Source of the DNA: Candidatus Spiroplasma holothuricola | GTDB taxonomy: Bacteria > Bacillota_I > Bacilli_A > Mycoplasmatales > MT37 | Direction: 5' to 3' | Assembly (NCBI GenBank): GCA_002135175.2 | Contig: CP022928.1 | Location: 179,805 to 243,804, forward strand | Length of the DNA: 64,000 bases | Shown here: positions 1 to 12,484 of the stretch, piece after piece | Layout of the letters: each line of letters begins with the position of its first letter | Position numbering within the stretch: position 1 is the stretch's first letter | Position numbers and translations under genes: made by a program | Notes under the pieces: generated by a model | Told to the model about the DNA's origin: nothing | Seen by the model: only the letters and a program-made list of their open reading frames with translations | The model's database searches: none

Positions 1-370
1 TTTAGTAATTGCCCTTATTTATGATCTGATTTTTATTAATTCAATTTTGTTTTTAGGAAGAATGGCCTCCGAACCACATTACCATTCAAAATCAATCAAA
101 TTTTTTTGATTTTTTTCTCAAAAAAATTTATCTGTAAGAACTATTTTTTTTGTAATATTAATTATCGTTGCTCTGGTTGCACTATTTTTTTCATTTGGAT
201 ATTCATCAACTGTCGTTTTATTATTAATGTTTATTAAATTTAACATTTTGCTTTTTTATTACAATCTCAAACAAATTATGATTTATTTAAAAATAAATCA
301 ATGAAATTCTCGTTTGAAAACAGGATTAAATAATGCTTATACTAACTTACCTGCTAAATATCAAGAATAA
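1..370 (+). CDS. 3' end of a membrane-protein gene (start lies upstream of the window)
   Basis: The frame starting at nt 2 is open to TAA 368-370 when TGA is read as Trp (two in-frame TGA). It contains a hydrophobic stretch (TIFFVILIIVALVALFFSFGY...). No family recognised. Confidence 0.45.
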
Positions 371-390
371 ATCTTTATTTATATAAAAAA

Positions 391-1722
391 ATGATTAACC
401 AACAACCACCCAGAGGATTTAATGATCATTTTGATCAACGACAACAAATCCGTGAAAGATTGATTGCTTTTTTAAACTTTCGGGCTCAACAATTCGGTTT
501 TGTTGCATTGGATGTACCCATCGTCGAAAACAAATCTGTTTATGACAAACCAATTGGCGATACAACAGCCATTAGAACAACTGATTTTTTTTCATTGTCT
601 TCAAAAAAAGAAGGGCACGAATTAGTCTTGCGTCCGGAATTCACTTCCGGTGTGATTCGAGCAATTCTCAAACAATTTGGTCCTCATAATCGGGGAACTA
701 AAAACTTTTACAGCAGTGGTCATTGTTTTCGTTACGAAAGACCTCAAAAATTTCGTAGTCGTCAATTTTTACAATGAAATTTAGAATCAATTTGAGTGAA
801 TGATGAAAAAAATAATTTGTTATATTTATTTCTTTATCATCTGATTCAAGAAATATTTGTTAATAGTAATCAAAAGCTTTCAATGAACTTTAATTATATT
901 AGTTGACAAAATGCCCAAAACATTGGTGCCATTATTGAAAAATCTGATTTATTTGATAAGCTTTGTTTGTTTTGTCAAAATCGTTTCAACAAAAAAGCTT
1001 TTTATCAAATTTTAGATTGTTCTGATTGTGACAAAATTATTCAAAAAGTTAAAGACGAAATTAATGAATCTTTTGAAGAACACAACTCAATCAACTCAAT
1101 TAACATTTTTGACATTTTTTCTTTTGCTTCAAACAAAACTAATTATCAAAAAACTCTTGGCCGAGGATTAAGTTATTATTCTGGACCGGTCTTTGAATTT
1201 GGTTTTTCAAGTGAAATTAGTAACAATCGATGAATTTCTTTAATTGGTGGAGGGAGTTATCTTTTAAATTGTTTTTATGATGATTTTCGTGATCAAAAAG
1301 GAGCTGGCTTTGCAATTGGTATTGATCGAGTGTGTGAAATTCAAGATTTAAGCCACTTATCAGCTTTAAATCTTACATTACAAAAAATCAAAATATTATT
1401 CGTTTTGGAAAAATCTTTTTCTGTTATTCTTAATGAAATGCAAGGTAATCCCTCAAAAATTAAAGCATTTTTAGCAATTCAAAAATATTTTGTTCAAGCA
1501 AATTATCAAATTTGTATGGACTTGAGTGGGTCAAACCCAAAACAGATTAGTAAAAAAAAGACTAACCAAAAATGTGATTATTTGCTTTATTTTGATGATC
1601 AATTTTGAACTAATTCTAATGCTAAAATTCATTTTCAGAATTGTCAAAAATCGAATGATTCCAGTGAATTGTTAATTTTTTCTGAAATTAAAAAATGATT
1701 CACAAACAATAATTCTGTTTAA
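391..1722 (+). CDS. hisS: histidyl-tRNA synthetase
   Basis: Track ORFs 391-777, 967-1233 and 1330-1608 share frame 1 and are separated only by TGA. Motifs: LRPEFT, CFRYERPQKFRSRQF (class II motif 2), GGGSY, GAGFAIGIDR (motif 3). The true stop is TAA 1720-1722. Confidence 0.95.
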
Positions 1723-1758
1723 TCAAAATAAAATCTTTAAATACTGGTTAATGTTCTC

Positions 1759-3408
1759 ATGTTTTTTAATTATTTAACTAAAGATCTTTCTCAAAAAAAT
1801 TTAAATCAAAAAATTTTTTTGAAAGGATGAATTCAAAAAAATCGACGACTTTCTTCGCTGTGTTTTTTAGAATTTCGAAATCACGGTCCAATTTTGCAAA
1901 TTGTTGTGACCGACAAACAACTTTTGTTGTTTAAATTAGTACAAAAATTGACCAAAGAAACAGTGGTCAAAGTAACCGGTATCTTTTCCATTCGTCAAAA
2001 CAAAAATCCGAAAGAACATTTGGGTGAATATGAACTTAAATTAACAGATTTAGAAGTCATCAATAAATCTGAAACACCCCCATTTTTAATTCAAGATCAA
2101 ACTGATGGATTGGAAAAAATAAGATTAGAGTATCGATATTTGGATTTAAGAAGACCACATTTACAAAACTCTTTAAGAATGCGTTCAAAACTCATGCAAT
2201 CAATTCGTGTTTTTTTACATTCTCAAAAATTTACAGAAATTGAAACACCGATTTTATCAACCCCAACCGAAGAGGGTGCCCAAAATTTTTTAATCAATTT
2301 TCATTCACAAGTACAAAAAGAGTTTGCGTTGCCCCAATCACCACAACTTTACAAACAAATGTTAATTGCTGGAGGTTTTGAAAGTTATTTTCAAATTGCT
2401 CGTTGTTTTCGTGATGAAGATTCTCGCCAAGATCGACAGCCAGAATTTACCCAACTAGATATGGAAATTGCTTTTGCTTCGTCAGATGACGTTATTCAAA
2501 TAACAGAGGAATTAATCCACTCACTTAAATCTTTTTTTCCTTCAACCAAGATCCCTCAAAAGTTCCCCGTTTTCGATTATTATGAAGCACTTCGCCGTTT
2601 CGGGACAGATCGTCCTGATTTAAGATATGAACTGGAATTGCAAGATTTTTCCCATCTTTTAGAAACAAAAAATTCCGAATTAAGTTTATGAGGAATCGTT
2701 GCTGATCACAAGCTCAATGATCAAGAATTCGTGATTTTTAATAATGAACTGGAAAAAAAATGTCTGCCTCCATTGAAAATTTTTTCTCATTTAAGAATGG
2801 TTAATTTATCTTTAGGTTTGATTGAAAGTCTCAAAAAAGAAATTACTAATTGAAAAGAAAAAACAATTTTTTTGGCAACTGGTTCGATCCTTGAGACTCA
2901 AAAGCTATTAGGAATTACCCGGACAATTATTGCTCATATTTGAAAATTAACAGAAAATAAAGATCATCAATTTTGTTGAGTAAAAAATGGACCTTTGTTC
3001 ACATGATCTGCCCAAAAAAATAAATATACATTTCATCATCATCCCTTCACAATGCCCAGTGATCCCCAAAATCTCGTCACTGATTGACGTAAAATGTCTG
3101 CTATTGGTTATGATCTTGTAATTAATGGTGAAGAAATTGGTAGTGGAAGTGAACGAATTTATAATGCTGAACTGCAAAAACAAATTTTTATTTTGCTTGG
3201 ATATACACCAGCAAAAATTGAAAAAAACTTTGGTTTTTTGTTGAAAGCAATGAGTTATGGTTTTCCTCCCAGTTCAGGGATTGGTCTCGGTTTAGATCGA
3301 TTAATGATGATTTTGCAAAAAACAAAAAACATTCGTGATGTAATTGCTTTTCCGAAAACTCTTAATTTCAATTGTTTACTTACGTCATCACCGAAAAAAA
3401 AAATGTAA
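1759..3408 (+). CDS. aspS: aspartyl-tRNA synthetase
   Basis: ATG 1759 is in frame 1 with ORFs 1894-2691 and 3094-3408, and the gap contains only TGA. Motifs: [24 protein letters not shown] (OB fold), [42 protein letters not shown]. Confidence 0.95.
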
Positions 3409-3421
3409 ACTTAACACAGTT

Positions 3422-3507
3422 GCGGAAGTGGCGGAACGGTAGACGCGCTAGCCTTAGGAGCTAGTGTCAGCAATGGCGTGAGGGTTCAATTCCCTTTTTC
3501 CGCACCA
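3422..3507 (+). tRNA. tRNA-Leu (anticodon TAG)
   Basis: A manual cloverleaf fits: acceptor GCGGAAG/TTTCCGC, anticodon stem CTAGC/GCTAG with loop CTTAGGA, a long variable arm, T-loop TTCAATT, and an encoded CCA. Confidence 0.9.
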
Positions 3508-3560
3508 TATTGTTTTTTTAATTTAAAATTCATTGATATTAAGATGCATTTATTTTTGTG

Positions 3561-3776
3561 ATGGTTTGATTGTATTTATTAATAGGATTCGTTTTTTTCT
3601 TAATTGGTCTTCTTGTTGGTTTTTTTCTTACTCGAATGATCATTATTCGAGAACTAAAAAAAAACCCACCGATTAATGCCAATATGATTCGAGCAATGTA
3701 CAAACAAATGGGTCGAAAACCTTCGGAAACACAAATTCAAGCAGTTGTATCAGCGATGATGCGACACAAGCAATAG
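3561..3776 (+). CDS. UPF0154 (YneF-like) small membrane protein
   Basis: One N-terminal TM helix followed by LKKNPPINANMIRAMYKQMGRKPSETQIQ, which closely resembles the conserved YneF core (KKNPPINE.M.R.MM.QMG.KPSQ). ATG 3561 lies upstream of the track start and is reached through a TGA codon. Confidence 0.8.
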
Positions 3777-3791
3777 TCAAAAACTCAGATT

Positions 3792-3947
3792 ATGGCCAGA
3801 GTAAAAATAACGTTACAGTGTCAAAATTGTAAAACTCGAAATTATTTCATGAGTAAAAACAAAAAACTTCATTCAGAAAAATTATTGTTAAAAAAATTTT
3901 GCCACAATTGTAGAAAAATTTTTCCACACTCTGAAAAAGAACTTTAA
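3792..3947 (+). CDS. rpmG: ribosomal protein L33
   Basis: A 51-aa ORF, too short for the track: MARVKITLQCQNCKTRNYFMSKNKK...FCHNCRKIFPHSEKEL. It has the two CxxC pairs typical of L33. Confidence 0.9.
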   Translation: MARVKITLQCQNCKTRNYFMSKNKKLHSEKLLLKKFCHNCRKIFPHSEKEL

Positions 3948-3958
3948 TTTTTTTCACT

Positions 3959-5434
3959 GTGAATTTTCTTTTTCCCTTTCTGTTTTTTCAGATCAAGACC
4001 AAAGTTAACTTATGAATTTCGCATTTTAGTGAAGATTCTTTTTCGTCAAATGAGAATACTCAAACTTCATCACCAAATGAAAACGAAGATTTTTCTGGAA
4101 AAATTAACGTCAACAAAAATAACAATTCTTCTAATAATTACTTATTAAATTTATTATCGGAGCGTTGATTTCGAATTGCATTTATTCTTATTCTTGTGAT
4201 TGTTGGGTTTTTATTACTCAACCTAATTGGTCCCCGAATTGCTCTTCTTTTCTTTACAATTTCGCCCTTGGTTATTGGTTATGGTTTGGTTTCAGCATTG
4301 CAACCACTTCAGCGTTTTTTTCAGCATTATGTTTCTCAGCGAACTGCCAAAATTGCTGCATCAAGTATCTTTCTGTTCATTATTTTGATCATCATTATTG
4401 GAATTTTTGTTGTCTTTTTTTTCGAATTAGAAACTCTTTATAACAGATTAATTAAAGCTGATGGAGATGAAGAAATTAATAAACTTTTACAAAAACTCAA
4501 TGGTGAAGGGAAGGATGGGATTAAGCTTTCTAATATTCATAAAATTGATTTCGTTCATAGTAGTAAGCAAGGAAGTTCATCAGAAGTTCACAAACTGACA
4601 ATATCATTGATTAATGGTGAAGATGAAATGGCTGAATATTCAGGAGAAAAGGTCGGAAGTTTATACACTTTAATTTTTTGATTGATTGATAGTGTTCCTA
4701 TACTCAAAAGCATTGGCATTAATTTAATTCGAACAGCCTACGGTTGAGGGCATACTGGTTACATTGAACGAGTTTTTTTGAATTATGCAATCGTTTTTGG
4801 ATTTGTTTATATAATTTTCTTCTCCTTAATCATCATGATGTTTGCTGTTTTTGAGCCACCACGAAATTTTTTTCGTCGAATTTGAAGTTTTTTAATTCAT
4901 GGTCAACCTTCTCAAATCCGAACAGAACTAGAATTTAAATTAAAAAAAAAATTAAAAGGATGATTGCGGGGATTATTTTTGGATCAATTGTATGTACTAA
5001 TTGGCACGGCCTTAGTCTTGCTTTTGATGGGCATTATTTTCCCCGAATCTAAGTTGTTGGGTAATGTAATTGTTTTGTCAATTATTGCGGCTTCATTTAA
5101 TCTAATTCCATACATTGGGCCATGAATTGGTGGTATTTTCATTGGAGGATTTGTTCTTAGCACTGTCGTTGAAACTGATGCCTCTCAATTTGTTTCATGA
5201 TTGCCATTTATTTTCACAATGATTGGCATTTTAATTATTCAAATCGGAGAATCAGCCCTGGTTGCACCCATTGTTTATTCGAATAATGTTCAATTAAGTC
5301 CAATTGCAATCATCATTCTTTTGTTGGTTTTTGGTGTCTTGTTCGGAATTTGATCAATGCCATTTGCAATTCCTGTTTTGTTAATTGCCCAAACAGTTTC
5401 GGAAGTTGTTTATAAGTGAAAATGAAAGCTTTAA
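3959..5434 (+). CDS. AI-2E / PerM (UPF0118) family transporter-like membrane protein
   Basis: Frame 2 is open from about 3959 to TAA 5432-5434, with 8+ in-frame TGA. It includes track ORF 4196-4681. It is multi-TM with the family motif NLIPYIGPWIGG. The start is uncertain: there is no in-frame ATG, and GTG 3959 is the first candidate. Confidence 0.65.
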
Positions 5435-6813
5435 CGCATCAAGAATTAAGAGCAAAATGATTCACATTTTGACAAAATCGAAAACATTTGGTTTTGCCAT
5501 CTGCTTCACTTGTGGCCGAGGACAATGGTTCATTGCTTTGGAATAATTCTGGTGTTGCTGGATTAAAACAATATTTTTTAGGGAATAAGAAACCTCCAGC
5601 ATCACGATTAACCAATATTCAAAAATCATTAAGAACAAGTGACTTGAGCTTAATTGGAATAACAAACCGCCATCTTAGTTTTTTCGAAATGATGGGTAAT
5701 TTTGCCATTGATGATTATGATCGTCGCCAAGCAATTTTATGAGCATGAGAATTTTTAACTAGTGTTCAAGAATTGAATATTGATCCTCAAAAAATCATTA
5801 TTGTTTATTTCAAAGAAGATCAAAAAACTTATCAAATTTTAAAAAATGATCTTAAATTAACTGATCAACAAATCGTTTCGGCCGGTCGAGAAACAAATTT
5901 TTGAGATTTAGGTGTTGGTCCTTGTGGTCCTAATCTTGAATTTTATTATGACTATGGTTCAGTTTTTGATGAGCAAAAACAAGGAATCAAGCTTTTGGAA
6001 AAGAACATTGAGAATAAACGTTATTTAGAAATTTGAAACATTGTTTTTTCGGAATTCATTAATGATGGCACCGGTAAATATCGACAATCTCCTACATCGA
6101 ATATTGATACGGGAGCCGGTTTGGAAAGAATATTGATGGTTTTGCAAAATAAACAAAACCCTTTTGAAACAGATTTGTTTGATTCAGCTCGAAAAAAATT
6201 GGAAAAGATATCAGGTGTTAATTATATTTCCTCACTACCTAATCAATGAAATTCAAAAATTTCTCAAAATAATTATTTTTTTCAAGTTATTCTTGATCAT
6301 ATTCGAGCCACAACCTTTATGCTTTCTGACCTATTAGCTTCAAATGAAAAAATTAATTTTCAAAAGGGTAGAGGATATATAATTCGAAAAATGATTCGGA
6401 CAGCAATAATGAAAACAAAGTTTTTGAATTCCAAACCTTTCATGATATCGACTTTAATTTCGTCATTTGTTGATTCGTTTCAACCCTTTTATCCAAACCT
6501 AGGCAAATACAAAAATACAATTGAACAGATTGTGATCAAGGAAGAAAATCAATTTCGATTACTCTTAAATCATTTAAAAATAAAGCAATTATTTGATAAA
6601 CCCCCACAATCACTTTCAGCACAGACGATTTTTTTACTAGTTACAAGTTTAGGATTCCCTTTAGAATTTATTGTGAACATTGCCCACCAAAAAAGTATTA
6701 AGTTAGATCTTGAGAATTTTCAAAAACTATGAACAAAGCACCAAAAACTTTCAGCTGATAAAAAAATAAAAAAAACATGAATTGAAAAACCAAAAAACTT
6801 TATTAAAAAATAA
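5422..6813 (+). CDS. alaS: alanyl-tRNA synthetase, catalytic plus tRNA-recognition part only (about 463 aa)
   Basis: ATG 5422 is in frame 1 with ORFs 5488-5742 and 6319-6732. I checked every codon of the gaps. Motifs: LWNNSGVAGLKQYFLG, RHLSFFEMMGNFAIDDY, GPCGPNLEFYYD, EIWNIVFSEF, DTGAGLERI, GRGYIIRKMIRTA, GFPLEF. It ends at TAA 6811-6813. Confidence 0.9.
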
Positions 6814-6964
6814 AATACCCCACAACTACGAAAAAAACTATCACAAAAGGTCAAGCATGATACAAGACTATTGACGAATTATTAAAAGAAGCCAAAGCAT
6901 GAATAAAAGAAGAAGAGAAAAAGCTGAAAAAATAAACTAAGTCTTTAAATTGATAATAATTATT

Positions 6965-7297
6965 ATGATAAATAATTTTTTATATAATCTTTGTGTCGTA
7001 TTTGCCAATGATAATGGTGATTACAGTACTGGGTTAGTCGTTGCTGTGGTTATTTTTTATCTTCTGCTTTTAATTGTGCTTATCGGTATCATATTTGGAT
7101 TGGGTTGTTATTTGACGGTGCAAGGATATAAACAAAAATCTGCCATTAAAACGGTTGTTGGTGTTTTTTTTACAGGCCTGTGATTTGGATTAATTTTAAT
7201 TTTCCTGTTAAAAGTGTGAGAGCAAAAACAACCTGATTTAATTAAAAATTCACAAACTAAAAGAAGAAAAATAAAAAAATCATTATCAAAAAAATAA
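6965..7297 (+). CDS. hypothetical small membrane protein
   Basis: Track ORF 6950-7183 extends through two TGA to TAA 7295-7297. It has two to three hydrophobic helices and a Lys-rich tail. The first ATG is at 6965. Confidence 0.45.
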
Positions 7298-7643
7298 TCT
7301 TGGTATTTTCTGTGTTCTTTGCAATTTTACTTATTGGTGGTAGTGTGATAATTTATGAAATCAACCGCCAAGCAAGTGATGATGAAAAAGTTAAATAATT
7401 GACCACCTGAATTAATAAAAATCAATCATTAATTTTAAATGACAAACAATAAAAAATTCAGAACATGCCGAACTTGAAAACTTAAAAACTGAATACCAAC
7501 CAACATTTAAAGCCAGACATGACAAAATTCCACACAATTGATTAAAAATAAATTTCAAATAATAAATTAAAATATTAAATCTTTTAATTTTTGTTAAAAA
7601 ATAATTAAAATCATCATGATATTACCAAAAATTTAATTTCATT

Positions 7644-8003
7644 ATGAAAACAAATTATCAAAAAAAACAAAAATTCAATCCATTGTTATCTCTTTTTTTT
7701 GTATTCTTCATACTTTTTTCTGTTTACTGTAGTTTGCTAATTCATAATCAATTTTTAGTATTTAATTCAATAGAAACCAAAATTAGAAATTCATCAAGTC
7801 CATCATTGCATGAATCACGAAAACAAGAATTGACTAAGGTTTTAGAAAGATTGCGATCAAATGGTGACATTAAAGATGCAATTGCTGACATTGATGAGCA
7901 ATTTTATACTCTCAAAGATTTTATAAATAAAGTTAATAACGATCAAAAATTTGCTGAAGGTGATTACGTGAAAAGCTTCTTAGATAAATTTAAAAAATTT
8001 TAA
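7644..8003 (+). CDS. hypothetical membrane-anchored protein
   Basis: An intact 119-aa ORF with one N-terminal TM helix followed by a charged, probably helical domain. No family recognised. Confidence 0.5.
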   Translation: MKTNYQKKQKFNPLLSLFFVFFILFSVYCSLLIHNQFLVFNSIETKIRNSSSPSLHESRKQELTKVLERLRSNGDIKDAIADIDEQFYTLKDFINKVNNDQKFAEGDYVKSFLDKFKKF

Positions 8004-8061
8004 AAAATTTTATTTTAAAAGCTTTTAAATGGGCTCATACTAAAATGTTAAAATTAACATA

Positions 8062-8703
8062 ATGAACTTACCAGGAATGCATGTTTCATTGTCTAATCGG
8101 ACAAAACTAGAAATTCTTGATGTCCTTCAAGGAATTTCTCGTTATATATCTGGAATCCACATCGAAAAACCCTTAGTTGACTATGAAGGTGACGATATTT
8201 TTTTATTTTTAAAAAAACGTTATCCAACCAAAGACATCATTTTGAGTTTAGCCAACGAAACGGAAGTGACACCTGAACTTTTGCAATTGGTTCGTCACAA
8301 TTTCATTAGAATTGTTGCTATTTCGACAAAGTTAAAAGATTTGCAAAAATTTGTTGATTCATTACGTTCTCAAAAGAAAAAAATAATTCTTATTGGTACA
8401 GAATTTGATGAAAGTTTTTTAATTAAAAACAATATTAAAAATTTGTTTTTTTTTCAGCCTCAAAAAACCGGTAAAGTTTTGATTTGAGAAAATAAAATAA
8501 TTAATCAAATCAAAAAATATTCCACTGGTAATTACAATGTGCTGGTTGGAAGCATTAATGCACACAATGTAATGCAATTTCAAAAATTGGTTATTCAAAC
8601 TTTCGTTGTTCGTGAAGAATTATGTAGCTCTTTTAATTCAATTGGTACTTGTAAAGATATTTTTCAACAGGTTAAAAATTATTTTCTTGATGAAGATGCT
8701 TAG
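8062..8703 (+). CDS. hypothetical protein with a weak resemblance to ribulose-phosphate 3-epimerase-type TIM barrels
   Basis: ORF 8062-8487 continues through one TGA to TAG 8701-8703. The spacing of hydrophobic strands loosely tracks Rpe (see finding). The functional call is weak. Confidence 0.5.
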
Positions 8704-8734
8704 TTTTTAAAAATAAGTCAAAACTTTTTTGTTT

Positions 8735-9774
8735 ATGTCTAATTACCGTCTTTCTGATGTTGTCTACCTACCAATAAATCGAAGTCGTGAGTTTTATCCA
8801 TTTGCTTTTTTGTCTGAAAAAGTAAACAAATGAATTACGATCATTTTTGCATCTTTGCTATTTTTATTAGTATTTTCCAGATATCTGCCTGATATTCTTG
8901 TGTTTGTGGCAGAAATAATTGAAGTTAATGTTGTCCTTCAATATCCTGATACTAAGTTAATAAATCTTTTGGGTTTAACACTTCTTCTTGATTTATTAAT
9001 TTGGTTTTTGATGATTATTGCTGTCATTTATTTCTCTTTTATTTCAAATCCAAATATTGAATTTTACAAATTGTCTCCATTTTTATTTTGAGCCATTATT
9101 TCACTTTCAGAAATTATTGCTGGTAACATCATTTCCGGATTTCCAGATGCAACCAAGGATTCTAAACGGCAATTATTATTTATATTTTCCAACATTGTCA
9201 AAACCATTTCTGTTTTTTTGTTTTTCATTTTAAGTTGAAAATATTGAAAAAATGTTTTTTGAAAATTTCTTGAAAAACCACACAATATTTTTCTTTTCAT
9301 CATTGTTTTATGTTTTTTTTATTTCTATGTATCTTCACACTTTGATGAAATAAATTCAAAAAAAGAAAGCGGTACTAATCAAGATAACCTCGAAAAACTT
9401 TATGCCAACGGGGATAGCACTTTTAAAATATTTTTCATCATTGTAATTGTTGTTCTAGGAGTTCTTTTTGAAGAAATCGTTTTTCGTTTTGCTATTTTTC
9501 AGATTTTTGGCCGTCGTAATGCTTTGTTTGCCATTATTATTTCATCATTATTTTTTGCAACTCTTCATCATAATTCATTGTTAGCAGATAAATTTATTAA
9601 TAATGAAACTGCATACAATGTAAATGATATTGGTAAACACTATAAGTTACTACTGCCTTATTTTTTCATTGGATTATTATTTGCTAATTACTATGTTTTT
9701 AATGATTATGTATTGATTTATTCAATAGTTGCACACTCGATTCACAATGGATTTGTTTTAACAAAAATCCAATA

Positions 9775-9775
<1 letters not shown>
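8735..9775 (+). CDS. CPBP (CAAX/Abi) family intramembrane metalloprotease
   Basis: ATG 8735 is in frame 2 with ORFs 8855-9091 and 9524-9775, and the gap contains only TGA. It is multi-TM with the family motifs FEEIVFRF (EExxxR), FFATLHH (FxxxH) and HSIHNG (HxxxN). Confidence 0.8.
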
Positions 9776-12145
<2,370 letters not shown>

Positions 12146-12159
<14 letters not shown>

Positions 12160-12484
12160 GATTCAAGATTTTAAATTTGATTTGCAATTCATTACGCATT
12201 TACTTAACCGGACAAGAGTTGAGTTCACACCTCAAGAAATTAAAATTTTTCAAAGAAGATTAAAAAATTACATAATACCAGCTCTTGCAATTCTCGACCA
12301 AATACCATTAGATAAAAAAGAATCAGATTACTGACCAATAATTCCTTTGAGTACAAAATTGAGATCGACTCAACCATCTCCAAAACAAAAAAATTTGTTT
12401 GAATTGAACAAACGGCCTTTGACTAAAGAGAAACTTTTTCTTATCAAAAATGTTCGTTCTAATTTAGAAAAGAATGATGATTAA
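12146..12484 (+). CDS. gatC: Asp/Glu-tRNA amidotransferase subunit C
   Basis: A small ORF in frame 2 immediately upstream of gatA and overlapping it. The size and position are typical of gatC. There is no ATG, so the TTG 12146 start is a guess (the track starts at 12104). Confidence 0.6.

Noticed and set aside
371-390. T-box or other leader riboswitches upstream of the aminoacyl-tRNA synthetase genes (hisS, aspS, alaS, trpS, valS, glyQS).
   Set aside because: The upstream spacers are between 0 and about 95 nt, and most of these genes overlap or abut the preceding gene. That is far too short for a T-box leader of about 200 nt.
967-1100. A CxxC...CxxC pattern (LFCQNRF...LDCSDCDK) in HisRS, considered as a possible acquired zinc-binding site.
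   Set aside because: It aligns with the ordinary NPLRILD segment of HisRS, and the Cys residues look like scattered substitutions. On sequence alone this is too speculative.
4165-4443. Alternative-frame ORFs overlapping real genes on the same strand. Others are 12727-12951, 21941-22204, 23523-23837, 24647-24847, 33376-33588 and 40179-40385.
   Set aside because: They are out of frame with the conserved product that spans the same DNA. Their sequences are Cys/Phe/Leu-rich low-complexity translations typical of off-frame AT-rich coding DNA.
6947-6975. An AT-only palindrome (ATAATAATTATTAT) at the start of the small membrane ORF.
   Set aside because: It is a low-complexity A/T sequence. Such short AT palindromes are expected by chance in DNA of this composition. 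By contrast, the 20-bp mixed-sequence palindrome at 59727 was kept.
7400-7643. The largest non-coding gap in the window (about 240 nt), considered as a possible small RNA gene or gene remnant.
   Set aside because: I could find no stable stem-loops, no conserved RNA motifs (tmRNA, RNase P, SRP, 6S) and no ORF longer than about 25 codons in any frame under code 4. It is probably just an AT-rich promoter or spacer region. A covariance-model scan would settle the question.
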